Assembly (NCBI GenBank): GCA_964014485.1
Contig: CAXHAT010000004.1
Coordinates: 28,208 to 92,207, forward strand
DNA length: 64,000 bases
Direction: 5' to 3'
Origin: an uncultured Deferribacteres bacterium
GTDB lineage: Bacteria > Zhuqueibacterota > Zhuqueibacteria > Zhuqueibacterales > Geothermadaptataceae
In this document: piece by piece, positions 17,897-27,964 of the stretch
Position numbering within the stretch: the first letter of the stretch is position 1
How the letters are laid out: the number at the start of each line of letters is the position of its first letter
The notes under the pieces: generated by a model
Databases searched by the model: none
The model's input: only the letters and a program-made list of their open reading frames with translations
What the model was told of the DNA's origin: nothing
Position numbers and translations under genes: made by a program

Positions 17897-18840
17897 TAGC
17901 GCCCGGAGGTTCTTTTGAGATATTTCAGATAGTCAGAATCGGTTTTCAGAATTACGGTGCTGTTTTGCTTCATGGTTTCGCGGTAGGATTCAAGCGTACG
18001 CAGAAAGGCGTAGAATTCCGGGTCGCGTCCGAAAGCTTCGGCGTAAATTTTCGTCGCTTCAGCGTCCGCCTTACCTTGAATTTCTTGCGCCTGACGATAG
18101 GCCTCCGACTCGATGCGCTGCAATTCTTTCTGGCGGTCGCCGTCAATTTTTGCGCGTTCCCCCTGTCCTTCCGAGCGAAATTTTTCGGCAATCCGCGTGC
18201 GTTCGGAAATCATCCGCTCATACACTTTTTGCTGCACGTCTTTGATGTAATTAATGTGCTTGATGCGCACGTCGAGCAGCTCGATGCCGTATTGCGGCAC
18301 GACTAGCTGCGCTCGCGTCAAGATTTGCTTGGTGATCAAGGTGCGACCTTGCTCAATAGGCACTGCGTTCGTGATTTCGACCAATTCATCCGAATCTTCG
18401 CCGATAGCCATCATGGGGCGATTGGAGTTCCTGACCGCTTCGATCAGCTTGTTTTGCGTAATAATATCGCGCGTGACGCCGTTGATGATATCGTCCAAAC
18501 GGTTTTGCGCCGCTATCTCATTGTTAACGGATTGGTAGAATTTGAGCGGGTCGGAAATGCGCCAACGGCCAAATGTGTTGACCCAAAGATAACGCTTGTC
18601 TTCCGTCGAAATCTGGTTAGCGTCGCCGTCCCATTCCATCACCCGCTTTTCGAAGCGAACGACGTTCTGCACAAAAGGCAGCTTCATGTGCAGGCCGGCG
18701 TCGGTCACCGGTTCGCCGACGGGCTGGCCAAATTGTAAAACAATGGCCTGCTCCGTCTCATCGACGGTATAGAATACGCCGCTGAGCACAACCAACACGA
18801 TCAGAACGACGAGTCCGATTAGAATTTGCGGTAATTTCAT
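17896..18840 (-). CDS. hflC: FtsH modulator HflC
   Basis: SPFH domain, AGLH.KLPF, RMISER..IA..FRSEG, YA.AF..DPEFY.F.R.LE.Y. Confidence 0.95.
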   Translation of the reverse strand: MKLPQILIGLVVLIVLVVLSGVFYTVDETEQAIVLQFGQPVGEPVTDAGLHMKLPFVQNVVRFEKRVMEWDGDANQISTEDKRYLWVNTFGRWRISDPLKFYQSVNNEIAAQNRLDDIINGVTRDIITQNKLIEAVRNSNRPMMAIGEDSDELVEITNAVPIEQGRTLITKQILTRAQLVVPQYGIELLDVRIKHINYIKDVQQKVYERMISERTRIAEKFRSEGQGERAKIDGDRQKELQRIESEAYRQAQEIQGKADAEATKIYAEAFGRDPEFYAFLRTLESYRETMKQNSTVILKTDSDYLKYLKRTSGR

Positions 18841-19829
18841 TGTCCGCCTCCTTTCTTCTGATTTTGCAGTTGCAGCAGCGGAACAAGGCCGTCCTGCCCT
18901 TCATCCACAATAAAAACCTGATCAAGCTGTGGCATGATTTCCATCATCATTTCAAGATAAAGTCGGCGCCGCGTAACGTCTTTCGCTTTCACATATTCAT
19001 TGTAAACCGACATGAACTTTTCCGCCTCGCCCTCAGCGCGGTTTGTGCGATTGATTGCGTAACCTTCGGCTTGACGGATCGTTTGTTCCGCGCGCCCTTG
19101 CGCTTGCGGAATAACTTTGTTGTACTCTTCCAGCGCCTGATTGATAATGCGCTCTTTTTCCTGTTTGGCTTCGTTCACAGCATTAAACGCCGGTTGAACC
19201 GGTTTCGGCGGATTGACGTCCTGCAAGTTGACTGTGACGATGTCTATGCCGGTTTCATACTCGTCCAACGTGTTCTGAATCATGTCGCTGACGTTTTGCG
19301 AGATTTCCTGACGCGAAGCGATGATGACTTCGTCTACGCTGTGGTCGCCGACGACTTCGCGCATCGCCGCCTCGGTGACGTCGCGCAGCGTTTCGCGGAC
19401 ATTGCGGACGTTAAATAAAAACTGCACCGGATCCTTGACGCGATATTGCACGATCCAGTCGACAATGGCGACGTTGAGATCACCGGTCAACATCAGCGAT
19501 TCGGTGGAATAGTCGCCCCGATTGAAAGTCGTGCGAACGCCTGGCAGTGCGGTGCGAAAGCCGAATTCGTCTTTCAGCACGCGCTGCACTTTCACTTTCC
19601 TTACCGTCTCAACGCCAAAGGGAATTTTGAAATGCAAACCGGGGCCGTTGGTGGAAACGTACTTGCCAAATCTTTGCACAACGCCGACTTCATCTGCGTC
19701 GACGCTATAAAACGACGTGTACGCCAGCCAACTTCCGACAAAAAACAGCAGAATAAAGAAAACCACGTTTTTGTTAATCTCGGGAATTTCTATATCCTGG
19801 CGGCCAAATTGTCCAGGTCTTTGCGCCAT
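18837..19829 (-). CDS. hflK: FtsH modulator HflK
   Basis: GVVQRFGKY, MLTGD.N, VQPAFNAVN.A, IPQAQG.A, VTRRRLYLE. Confidence 0.95.
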   Translation of the reverse strand: MAQRPGQFGRQDIEIPEINKNVVFFILLFFVGSWLAYTSFYSVDADEVGVVQRFGKYVSTNGPGLHFKIPFGVETVRKVKVQRVLKDEFGFRTALPGVRTTFNRGDYSTESLMLTGDLNVAIVDWIVQYRVKDPVQFLFNVRNVRETLRDVTEAAMREVVGDHSVDEVIIASRQEISQNVSDMIQNTLDEYETGIDIVTVNLQDVNPPKPVQPAFNAVNEAKQEKERIINQALEEYNKVIPQAQGRAEQTIRQAEGYAINRTNRAEGEAEKFMSVYNEYVKAKDVTRRRLYLEMMMEIMPQLDQVFIVDEGQDGLVPLLQLQNQKKGGGQ

Positions 19830-19886
19830 AAATGACGACCTCCTTTAAGTTAAAAAGTATCTTAGGCTGAGAATTTTCAGTCTGGT

Positions 19887-19915
19887 AAAATATTCGGCTG
19901 AACCGAGCGCATCAA
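19887..19915 (-). promoter_or_regulatory. Putative sigma70 promoter of hflKC
   Basis: Minus strand TTGATG-17nt-TATTTT about 60 nt upstream of the AAGGAGG RBS/ATG. Confidence 0.45.
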
Positions 19916-19946
19916 GGCGAATCGCCCCAGCTTTTGAATGGGTTTC

Positions 19947-19973
19947 TGGAATAATGGAATTTTGGATTTTTGG
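19947..19973. repeat. Degenerate 8-nt tandem repeat (TGGAWWWW)n
   Basis: TGGAATAA TGGAATTT TGGATTTT TGG; related array in the opposite orientation at 49987..50020. Confidence 0.5.
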
Positions 19974-19995
19974 CCTCAATTCTTGCACATTGCGT

Positions 19996-20769
19996 CTAAT
20001 GAATTCGTTCTAAAAATTTTTCGACGGCCGCCAACATCTCGTTCGGCGCATCATGATGCACCCAATGCCCGGCGTTGGGAATTGTCAGAATCTCGGCTTG
20101 CGGAAAATGGTGTTTAATATCCGGAATGTCTTCGTCAAGGACATAATTTGAACGTTCTCCGCGAATAAAAAGCGTTGGCCCGTCATAAACGTCTGCCGGG
20201 CCCAAGCTTTGTTTCTGGCTTTCTCTCAGAAATTGCAGAAGCACATCCAAATTGATTCGCCATTGCAATCCGCTAGACGTGGATTGTAGATTTGTGAGTA
20301 CAAATTGCCGCACGGCAGGATCGGCGATTGAACGCGCCAGCAATCGATCAACTTCTTGCTTCGATGAAAAATCTCGCAAATTGATCTCAGCCATTGCATT
20401 CAAAACAAAAAGCACGCTTGAGCGATGGGGTTTTGGGAAAATATCCACAACGACCAAGCCGTCAACATATTCCGGGCTATGTAGGGCCAACTCAATTGCA
20501 ACAGCGCCGCCCATTGAATGCCCAAGAATAACGGATGGCTTGAGATGAAGTTTGTTTTGCAATTCAATGACGTCGCTTGCCATATCAAAAACGTGGTGTT
20601 CTTTTGAGTGCGGCGACCGTCCGTGGTTTCTCAAATCGGGCGCAATCACGCGCCGTTTTTGAGATAGCGACGATGAAATTGTATGCCAATTTCTGCCTGA
20701 TCCCAAGAGCCCATGCAAAATCAGCAGCCCGCGATTTCCTTTTCCATAGTCTTTAAAAAACAATTCCAT
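19996..20769 (-). CDS. Alpha/beta-hydrolase, YbfF/ABHD11-like esterase
   Basis: HGLLGS..NW, DLRNHG.SP, GHSMGG nucleophile elbow, AGHWVH; ATG at 20769. Confidence 0.88.
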   Translation of the reverse strand: MELFFKDYGKGNRGLLILHGLLGSGRNWHTISSSLSQKRRVIAPDLRNHGRSPHSKEHHVFDMASDVIELQNKLHLKPSVILGHSMGGAVAIELALHSPEYVDGLVVVDIFPKPHRSSVLFVLNAMAEINLRDFSSKQEVDRLLARSIADPAVRQFVLTNLQSTSSGLQWRINLDVLLQFLRESQKQSLGPADVYDGPTLFIRGERSNYVLDEDIPDIKHHFPQAEILTIPNAGHWVHHDAPNEMLAAVEKFLERIH

Positions 20770-21195
20770 ATTCTGAGTATAATCCTTTCCACTCACTTCG
20801 CGTGGGAAGCGTATAAATTCAGTTCGGAAGCTTCTGAGCAACTCTTCCGGAGTGCAACTGTCCAAAAACACAAAAATCGTAAAGCGAGACATGAAATGTG
20901 TAAGGGTTCAAGATTTTGAACCCTTACGTGCGGAATACCCGTCGCTTGGAAACCATGTTTAGGGACAGTCGTCCTTCGGTAGCGTCGTTTTCCAGAACAA
21001 GTGCTGAAGCGGCTATTGGGCACATTTTTTCGCACAAGCCCAACGCTTCGCAGCCATTCCAAACTGATCGTTTGCTCTAAAAAATTCGCGGCGAATATAC
21101 GCATAGCAGGACAAATTTCATTGGACTTTTTGTAATTATTGCCGTTTCTTCGGGCACAGGAATTTTCACTGCAATCTTACCGGGAGCTTTTGCAG

Positions 21196-24100
21196 ATGAC
21201 AAACCCGCCTCAGCCGGCGCGCAAGCTTTCCAGAAGTCAAAACTCGAAATCTGAAAGCGTTCCTTCCGAAGCGCTGGAACCGGGAATCCAAAAATTGTTT
21301 AGAGTCAGTCTCTCTCCTCTAACATTCGGGTTGAGCGCCCTGTTCGCCGCTCTTGCCGTTGGCGACGCTTTTCTGGCGCCAGAAAGCGCTAATTTGGAGC
21401 TGTCTCTCTCAGCATTGGGGTTGAGCCTGTTCTTCTTGCTTGCACGATTTTTCCTGGGGCGCAAAGTCATCCCGGATCAATACGCAAACCTTGCAGGCGC
21501 AGCAATCGCGGTTGCGGCGCTGGGTTATTGCTTTGAGCGAATATTCCTGCTCAATCTGCCGTTCGATTCTTCCGCGTTGATCATCTTTATGTTAACCGTC
21601 GGCTATGTTTTCCTTTCAACGCGACTGCTTCTGGTTTTGCAAGCAACAGCTTTTGCCGGCTGGCTCCTGACAGCAATCGCCCTCGACGCATCTACATCTG
21701 ATTTATGGGTTCCGGCGTTAAAGCTGGCGTTCGCTTCGGTTATCTCAATGCTCATTCATGTCGTCCATTTACGATCCGCGAGACGCACGGAAAAATATCG
21801 GACGTTAAGCAAAAAAAGAAAAATCGAACTCGAAAGCGCACGCACTACTCTTGAAAAAACTTTAGAAACCACAGAAGCGCTTAAGAAAGAATCCCAAAAC
21901 GCTATTCGGGAAATGCGCCAGGTTCAGGAACGCTTTAAGCGTTTGACAGAGGCGACTTTCGAGGGGATCGTTATCCATGAACAAGGGAGAATCATCGACG
22001 TCAACTCAGCCGTTGTGGAGATGACTGATTATGATCCGGCAGAACTGCTAAAAAGCAACCTTCTCTCTCTGATTGAAGCGGATGCAAGAGGCCTTTTTCA
22101 AGAAAATTTGCGGCGGGAGAACGGCGCGCTGTTTGAATCCGTCATTCTGCGCAAAGACGGCGAAACGGTTCCGGTTGAAATCTGCAGCAGACCGTTGCCG
22201 TATATGGGAAGAACTATTCAGGTCGCGGCGATACGAGACCTCAGGCAGCGGATGAACGCTGAAAAGGCGCTGCGCCTGAGCGAAGCCAAAAATCGCGCGT
22301 TGTTAGACGCCATCCCGGATTTGATGTTCCGCATTGACGCCGGCGGCGTGATTCTCGATTATAATCCCGGCAAACACGGCTTAATTTTGAAGGATTTGCC
22401 GTCTCTAATCAATCGCAATGTTTACGAAATTTTTCCGAAAGACCTGGCTCGGCAAATACTCAGCAAAATCCGCCGGACGCTACGACGAAACAAGATGCAA
22501 GGATTGGAGTTTCGGCATAGCACACACGGAGAAATTCGTGAGTATGAGGGGCGTTTCTTTGTCAGCGGGGAAAATGAAACGCTGGTCATCGTTCGAGACG
22601 TGACTGACTCGAAGAGTTCGACCAAAAGAGCTTTGGAAAATGAGCATTTGTATCGGCAAATGTTTGAAGAAAATCTTGCCGTGAAACTACTCATCGATCC
22701 GGAATCGGGAGAGATAGTTGAAGCGAATTCCGCCGCCTGCCGGTTCTATGGCTACTCGCTTGAAGCGTTGAAGTCGAAGAAAATCATGGAAATCAACACC
22801 CTGCCTTCGCGAAAAGTGAAAGAAGAAATTCATCGCGCCATGGCCGGCGAAAGTAATTTTTTCACCTTCAATCACAAATTGGCAAACGGGGAAAATAGAA
22901 ATGTTGAAGTCTTTGCCGGCCCGATCAACGTTGACGGCAGGAAGCTTATTTATTCAATCGTTCACGATGTAACGGATCGGCACAACGCCGAGAAGAAGCT
23001 GCGCGAAAGTGAAGAACGATACCGCCGGTTTTTTGAAGAAGATTTAACCGGTGATTTTATTTCCACGCCCGAAGGTAAATTGTTAGATTGCAACCCGGCG
23101 TTCCTAAAAATTTTCGGGTTCTCCACTCGCGAAGAAGCGATGGCATGCGACTTATCGGCATTGTACCCGGATGCTTCCGTCCGCAAGTCACTCATCAATG
23201 AAATTTTAGAAAAAAGAAATCTTGAAGGAAAAGAAGTCGAGTTTGTCAGCCCTGCTGGCCGCCCTATCCATGTCATCGAAAACGTCAGCGGCGTTTTTGA
23301 CAGCGACGATAAACTCGTGGAATTACGCGGCTACATTTTTGACGTCACTGAACGAAAAACTTTGGAAGCGCAGCTTTTGCATTCGCGTAAAATGGAAGCC
23401 GTCGGTCGTTTGGCGGGCGGGGTTGCGCATGATTTTAACAATTTGCTGACCGCTATTACCGGATACAGTCAATTGATGTTAGACAATTTGGCGAACCCGG
23501 AAGCTTTGCGTAACGAAATCGATGAAATCAAAAAAGCTTGCGATTTAGGCTCTTCTTTGACGACGCAGCTACTCACCTTTAGCCGTAGACAAATCATCCA
23601 ACCGGAGACATTAGATTTAAACGCGGTTGTCGCGGACATGGAAAAACTGCTCAAACGTCTTGTCGGTGAAACCATACGCCTTACCGTCAAGAAGCATGAC
23701 CGGCCATGCAAATTGAAAGCGGATTTGAATCAGATAAAACAAGTTATCATGAATCTGGCGCTGAATTCCCTCGACGCTACCCCAGACGGCGGCGAGTTAA
23801 ACGTAGAAACTTTTGTACGAAAATTAGACGGCGCAGAAAAGATAGCCGGGGAATTCGTTGAAAAAGGCGCCTACGTTGTGCTCCAGGTTATTGACACAGG
23901 CCAAGGGATGGATACAAATGTCAAATCCCATATTTTTGAGCCATTCTTTACCACAAAGGACAAGGGAACGGGTCTGGGATTATCGACGGTTTACGGCATC
24001 GTCAAGCAGAACAATGGTTTTATCGAAGTCAAAAGCGCGCCAAAGGCGGGCACACAAATCACCATTTTTTTCCCGGAGGCGCGGTCTCCTCAAAAGGCGG

Positions 24101-24528
24101 CGATTTCTTCCGAAGCTAATTCAGTTCCGCTTGTTCCGGGCTGCGGCACGATCTTGCTGGTTGAAGATGAAGATGCGGTCCGACAAGTGACCAGGCTGAT
24201 TCTTTCGAGAAACGGCTATAGCGTTATTTCCGCCAGCAACGGCGCTCATGCGCTCGAAAAAAGCCGTCGACACAGCGGAAAAATCGACTTAATGGTGAGC
24301 GACATGGTGATGCCCGGAATGAACGGTCGTGAGCTGGCTGAAAGAATGAAAGCCGTGCGGCCGGAGCTGAAAATCATGTTTATGTCGGGCTATGTAGCGG
24401 ATGAATTATTGCAGTCAGAAAGCGGCGTGCGGGAATATTCCTTCTTGCAAAAACCCTTTTCTCCAGAAACTCTCCTTTCAAAAATTCAACAAACAATGCA
24501 AACTGACAGTGTGAAACTTCCGGCTTAA
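21196..24528 (+). CDS. Membrane hybrid sensor histidine kinase (TM - 4x PAS - HisKA - HATPase - REC)
   Basis: GRLAGGVAHDFNNLL, N-box NLALN, DTGQG, FEPFFTTK..GTGLGL, C-terminal ILLVEDE..DMVMPGMNG..KPF. Confidence 0.93.
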   Translation: MTNPPQPARKLSRSQNSKSESVPSEALEPGIQKLFRVSLSPLTFGLSALFAALAVGDAFLAPESANLELSLSALGLSLFFLLARFFLGRKVIPDQYANLAGAAIAVAALGYCFERIFLLNLPFDSSALIIFMLTVGYVFLSTRLLLVLQATAFAGWLLTAIALDASTSDLWVPALKLAFASVISMLIHVVHLRSARRTEKYRTLSKKRKIELESARTTLEKTLETTEALKKESQNAIREMRQVQERFKRLTEATFEGIVIHEQGRIIDVNSAVVEMTDYDPAELLKSNLLSLIEADARGLFQENLRRENGALFESVILRKDGETVPVEICSRPLPYMGRTIQVAAIRDLRQRMNAEKALRLSEAKNRALLDAIPDLMFRIDAGGVILDYNPGKHGLILKDLPSLINRNVYEIFPKDLARQILSKIRRTLRRNKMQGLEFRHSTHGEIREYEGRFFVSGENETLVIVRDVTDSKSSTKRALENEHLYRQMFEENLAVKLLIDPESGEIVEANSAACRFYGYSLEALKSKKIMEINTLPSRKVKEEIHRAMAGESNFFTFNHKLANGENRNVEVFAGPINVDGRKLIYSIVHDVTDRHNAEKKLRESEERYRRFFEEDLTGDFISTPEGKLLDCNPAFLKIFGFSTREEAMACDLSALYPDASVRKSLINEILEKRNLEGKEVEFVSPAGRPIHVIENVSGVFDSDDKLVELRGYIFDVTERKTLEAQLLHSRKMEAVGRLAGGVAHDFNNLLTAITGYSQLMLDNLANPEALRNEIDEIKKACDLGSSLTTQLLTFSRRQIIQPETLDLNAVVADMEKLLKRLVGETIRLTVKKHDRPCKLKADLNQIKQVIMNLALNSLDATPDGGELNVETFVRKLDGAEKIAGEFVEKGAYVVLQVIDTGQGMDTNVKSHIFEPFFTTKDKGTGLGLSTVYGIVKQNNGFIEVKSAPKAGTQITIFFPEARSPQKAAISSEANSVPLVPGCGTILLVEDEDAVRQVTRLILSRNGYSVISASNGAHALEKSRRHSGKIDLMVSDMVMPGMNGRELAERMKAVRPELKIMFMSGYVADELLQSESGVREYSFLQKPFSPETLLSKIQQTMQTDSVKLPA

Positions 24529-24535
24529 ATTCAGA

Positions 24536-25324
24536 ATGCAGACGCAGCAAGACCTGATTGGACTCATCCCCGCCGCCGGTTTGGCGCAGCGCCTTCAATC
24601 TTTAAATCTCAATTGCAGCAAAGAAATCACGCCGATTGGTTCGATAAGCTCGAAATCCGGTTTAGAGCGGCCCAAACCAGTGTGCGCCTATCTTTTAGAG
24701 AGCATGGTCCGCGCTGGAGCACAAACTATTCACATTGTTTTGCGCAAAGGAAAATGGGATATTCCCACGCTGCTCGGCGACGGTTCGGATTACGACGTCT
24801 CGCTTTCGTACTTAATTATGAACCAACCGTTTGGCGTGCCTTATACGATTAACCAGGCGCGAGATTTTGCCCGCGGAAAAACGGTTCTATTCGGCTTTCC
24901 TGACATTATTTGCGATCCTCAGACCGTTTATAAAAAACTACTCGCCAAGCTTCATAAAACAAAAGCTGATGTTGTACTTGGCCTTTTCCCAGTTTCAAAT
25001 TCGAGGCAATGGGACAGCGTTAAAACGGACGCCGATGGAAATGTACTGGCAGTCTCACCAAAATCTTCTTCGCAAATTTTTGAATACGCTTGGGCGAATG
25101 CCGTTTGGGCTGATCGCTTTACTTCTTCTATCGAAGCAATCACAGGAAGGACAGACTCAAGTTTGGCGGGAAGCGGAGAGTTGAGCGTAGGCCATGTCTT
25201 GCAAAAAGGCATTGAAGGCGGGCTCAAAATCAGCAGTTGCTTTTTTAAGGAAGGTTGGTGTATAGATATTGGAACGCCGGAAGGCTTGCGCGCCGCACGG
25301 AAAAAGCTAACTGCCGACTTTTAG
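24536..25324 (+). CDS. Sugar-phosphate nucleotidyltransferase (RmlA-like)
   Basis: GLIPAAG.A.RL...SKE, GFPD, DIGTPE. Confidence 0.8.
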   Translation: MQTQQDLIGLIPAAGLAQRLQSLNLNCSKEITPIGSISSKSGLERPKPVCAYLLESMVRAGAQTIHIVLRKGKWDIPTLLGDGSDYDVSLSYLIMNQPFGVPYTINQARDFARGKTVLFGFPDIICDPQTVYKKLLAKLHKTKADVVLGLFPVSNSRQWDSVKTDADGNVLAVSPKSSSQIFEYAWANAVWADRFTSSIEAITGRTDSSLAGSGELSVGHVLQKGIEGGLKISSCFFKEGWCIDIGTPEGLRAARKKLTADF

Positions 25325-25332
25325 CGACGCAT

Positions 25333-25367
25333 AAAAAACAAAGGCTGTCACTTGCAAGCAACAGCCT
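25333..25367 (-). terminator. Intrinsic terminator after rplS (possibly bidirectional)
   Basis: AGGCTGT/ACAGCCT stem; U-tract on the minus strand; between convergent genes. Confidence 0.6.
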
Positions 25368-25441
25368 CAAAATTTTCACGATATTTCGGTGAGGACGATT
25401 ATAACGCTAGGGGGACATTTTCCCGAAACGTCCTATGAGAA

Positions 25442-25789
25442 TCAGACCACTCTCTTCTCAGGAACCCGTGCGGCTTTACCCTTTCTATCTCGCAGGTAAA
25501 AAAGTTTGGCGCGTCGCACGCGTCCAAAGCGCACAACATCAATTTTTGCAATATTTGGCGAGTGCACAGGAAAAATTCTCTCAACGCCGACGCCATTTGA
25601 AACTTTTCTTACAGTAAAAGTTTCATGTATGCCGCCGCCGCGTCTTTGCAGCACAACGCCTTGAAAAAGCTGAACTCGTTCTTTGTCACCTTCAATAACT
25701 TTGTAATGCACAGCGACTGTATCGCCAGGGCCGAATTCTGGAAGCTCAGTTTTTAGTTGATAAGCCGTCAACGCGTCAATTTTGCTCAT
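25442..25789 (-). CDS. rplS: 50S ribosomal protein L19
   Basis: F.PGDTV.V...[37 protein letters not shown]. Confidence 0.98.
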   Translation of the reverse strand: MSKIDALTAYQLKTELPEFGPGDTVAVHYKVIEGDKERVQLFQGVVLQRRGGGIHETFTVRKVSNGVGVERIFPVHSPNIAKIDVVRFGRVRRAKLFYLRDRKGKAARVPEKRVV

Positions 25790-25805
25790 GATCAAGTCCT
25801 TTTCT

Positions 25806-26510
25806 TTATTGTTTATGTTCTTTTGTTTTCAATAAATCCGGCCTTTTTTCCCGGGTCAGCTTTAGAGCTGCTTCGTGCCGCCATTCGGCAATTTTCCCAT
25901 GATGTCCAGAGAGCAACACTTCTGGAACAGCCATGCCTCGAAACTCTTGTGGTCGCGTGTAATGCGGGTGATCTAACGTGCCGGACTGAAAAGCGTCTCC
26001 TTCCGCCGACTCAAAATCGCCGATCACTCCTGGTATAAGCCGGACAACGGCGTCGATAATCGCCATAGTCACGATTTCGCCGCCTGTCAAAATGAAATCT
26101 CCAAGGCTGATTTCTTCCGTAGCGAGAGCCGTTCGAATTCTTTCGTCTACGCCTTTATAGTGACCGCAAATGAAAATCGAAGCTCTTTCAGGGCGCTCAA
26201 TAAATTCATTCGCATACGCCTGATCAAATTGTCGCCCGGCTGCGCTCGTCAAGATAATTCGCGGGTTATCAAGCTGATGTTTCTGAATGATGTGTTCGAC
26301 GCATTTAAATATTGGCTCCGGTTTCAGTATCATACCCGGGCCGCCGCCAAACGCATAGTCATCTATCGTTTTATGTTTGTCCGAAGAAAAACTGCGGAGA
26401 TCATAAACTTCAAATTGCGCCAGCGCTTTTTCCTGCGCGCGTTTAAGAATGCTCTCATTCCAAACAGCAGGGAACATGTCGGGGAAAGCCGTAATAACAA
26501 AAAACTGCAT
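25806..26510 (-). CDS. trmD: tRNA (guanine-N1)-methyltransferase
   Basis: [42 protein letters not shown]. Confidence 0.97.
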   Translation of the reverse strand: MQFFVITAFPDMFPAVWNESILKRAQEKALAQFEVYDLRSFSSDKHKTIDDYAFGGGPGMILKPEPIFKCVEHIIQKHQLDNPRIILTSAAGRQFDQAYANEFIERPERASIFICGHYKGVDERIRTALATEEISLGDFILTGGEIVTMAIIDAVVRLIPGVIGDFESAEGDAFQSGTLDHPHYTRPQEFRGMAVPEVLLSGHHGKIAEWRHEAALKLTREKRPDLLKTKEHKQ

Positions 26511-26511
26511 T

Positions 26512-27033
26512 TCAGGCAGGCGCTAAACCCTCAATCATATCAATTACAACTCTCCCTGCTTGAATGTCGACTTTCTTAACAATCTGAGCAACAGCGGGGA
26601 TCAAAGCTTCCTTCTTACCGTTTTTGACAAGATAAACATCTTGTGCGGGGTATTCTAAAACATCTTTTATGACGCCTACATAGTCGCCCGCCATCGTTTC
26701 AACTTTTGAGCCGATGAGATCGAATATATAATATTCATCATTTTCAAGAGCGAGGCACTCATTCCTTGGAATCAAGATTTCGGCGTCCCGCAACTTCTCG
26801 GCTGCATCTCTTGAGCCTGTTTCCTTAAATTTCAAAAGCAAAATCCGGTTTTGCTTTTGAAATCTTTCTAACTCGAAAAGCTCAATCCTGTTGTCATTCA
26901 AACGCAGTCTAATCGTTTTCAAGAAACGAAAACGATCCGGGCTGTCCGTCGTTGGAAACACCTTAACAAACCCAGCCAGACCGTGCGGGCGAAGAACCTT
27001 GCCAATGGTTATAAGTTCATCGGCGTTGAGCAT
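26512..27033 (-). CDS. rimM: 16S rRNA processing protein RimM
   Basis: IGKV..PHGL.G.VKV, EYY..DLIG..V, LIPAV; synteny. Confidence 0.95.
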   Translation of the reverse strand: MLNADELITIGKVLRPHGLAGFVKVFPTTDSPDRFRFLKTIRLRLNDNRIELFELERFQKQNRILLLKFKETGSRDAAEKLRDAEILIPRNECLALENDEYYIFDLIGSKVETMAGDYVGVIKDVLEYPAQDVYLVKNGKKEALIPAVAQIVKKVDIQAGRVVIDMIEGLAPA

Positions 27034-27047
27034 AATGAGACGTCAAC

Positions 27048-27278
27048 TTATTCAAGGATTTCGAGAACGGCGCGCTTCCCGGTTTTTGCGGAAGCCGCCG
27101 CAAGAAGGGTACGGATGGATTTTGCGGTTTGCCCGCGTTTACCAATCACCTTTCCCATATCGCCGTCGCCGACGCGTAGTTCATAGACGACCGTTCTTTC
27201 ACCGTCGACTTCGTTTACCGTGACCGCATCAGGTTTGTCAACAAGATGCCGAACCACGAACAGTATGAATTCTTTCAT
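27048..27278 (-). CDS. khpA: KH-domain RNA-binding protein KhpA/YlqC
   Basis: LVD.PD.V.V, DMGKVIGKRG.TAKSIRT; position between rpsP and rimM. Confidence 0.93.
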   Translation of the reverse strand: MKEFILFVVRHLVDKPDAVTVNEVDGERTVVYELRVGDGDMGKVIGKRGQTAKSIRTLLAAASAKTGKRAVLEILE

Positions 27279-27450
27279 GATCAAACCCTCCTAACTGGTT
27301 TAACCAGAGCGTGTGTCACCTCGCGCTCTGACAGCCTACCGGAGACGATACCTGGACGACGACGTTCAGTTTCGTTGTTCGAAATCGTTTTAAGCATCAA
27401 CTCTCGGACGAATCTAGGGAAACCGAAGAACAATTCTCGAAATTGAGAGA

Positions 27451-27936
27451 CTATTCCTCGACTGCTTCAACCTTTTCCTCTCCCTGCTCTTCCTGAGAAT
27501 CTTTTTGTTCTGCTTCCGCAACCACGGGCTCAGATTTCGGAGCTTCTTTCTTTTTCTCCGTCTGCGCGGATTTTTCTTTCTGGATCTTTTCGGCTTCCAA
27601 GCGCTTGAAACGCTCTTCCTGCAGCGTTTCCCACTTTTTGACTTCACTGTCTATTTCTTCAGTCGATTTGCCGTTTTTCAGCAAACTGTAGCGAAGCATA
27701 ACGCCTTTTTTGCGAAACAGGCTTCTTACAGTGTCTGAAGGCTGCGCTCCATTTTGAAGCCAGTATAATGCCCGATCCACTTTGACTTCCAATTCCGTTA
27801 CCTGAGGAACCGGATTGTAATAACCCAGATTCTCCAAATATTTACCTTGGCGAGCCTCGCGCCCGTCAATTGCCACAATACGATAAAATGGCTTTTTCTT
27901 CTTGCCCATCCTTCGTAGTCTTAATCGTACTGCCAA
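27451..27936 (-). CDS. rpsP: 30S ribosomal protein S16 with charged C-terminal extension
   Basis: MAVRLRL.RMG.KK.PFYRIV..D.R..R.G..LE.LG.YNP, WL.NGAQPSDTV; TTG start. Confidence 0.97.
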   Translation of the reverse strand: MAVRLRLRRMGKKKKPFYRIVAIDGREARQGKYLENLGYYNPVPQVTELEVKVDRALYWLQNGAQPSDTVRSLFRKKGVMLRYSLLKNGKSTEEIDSEVKKWETLQEERFKRLEAEKIQKEKSAQTEKKKEAPKSEPVVAEAEQKDSQEEQGEEKVEAVEE

Positions 27937-27964
27937 AGCTAAAACTCCTCAAATTTAAAATGAT

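Noticed and set aside
20793..21104. 103-aa ORF (and 36981..37355, 37077..37409) in long divergent intergenic regions
   Set aside because: No motifs or clear RBS; most likely promoter regions.
24536..25324. rmlA of a dTDP-rhamnose cluster
   Set aside because: The motif set is divergent and no rmlBCD or glycosyltransferases are nearby, so the symbol was withheld.
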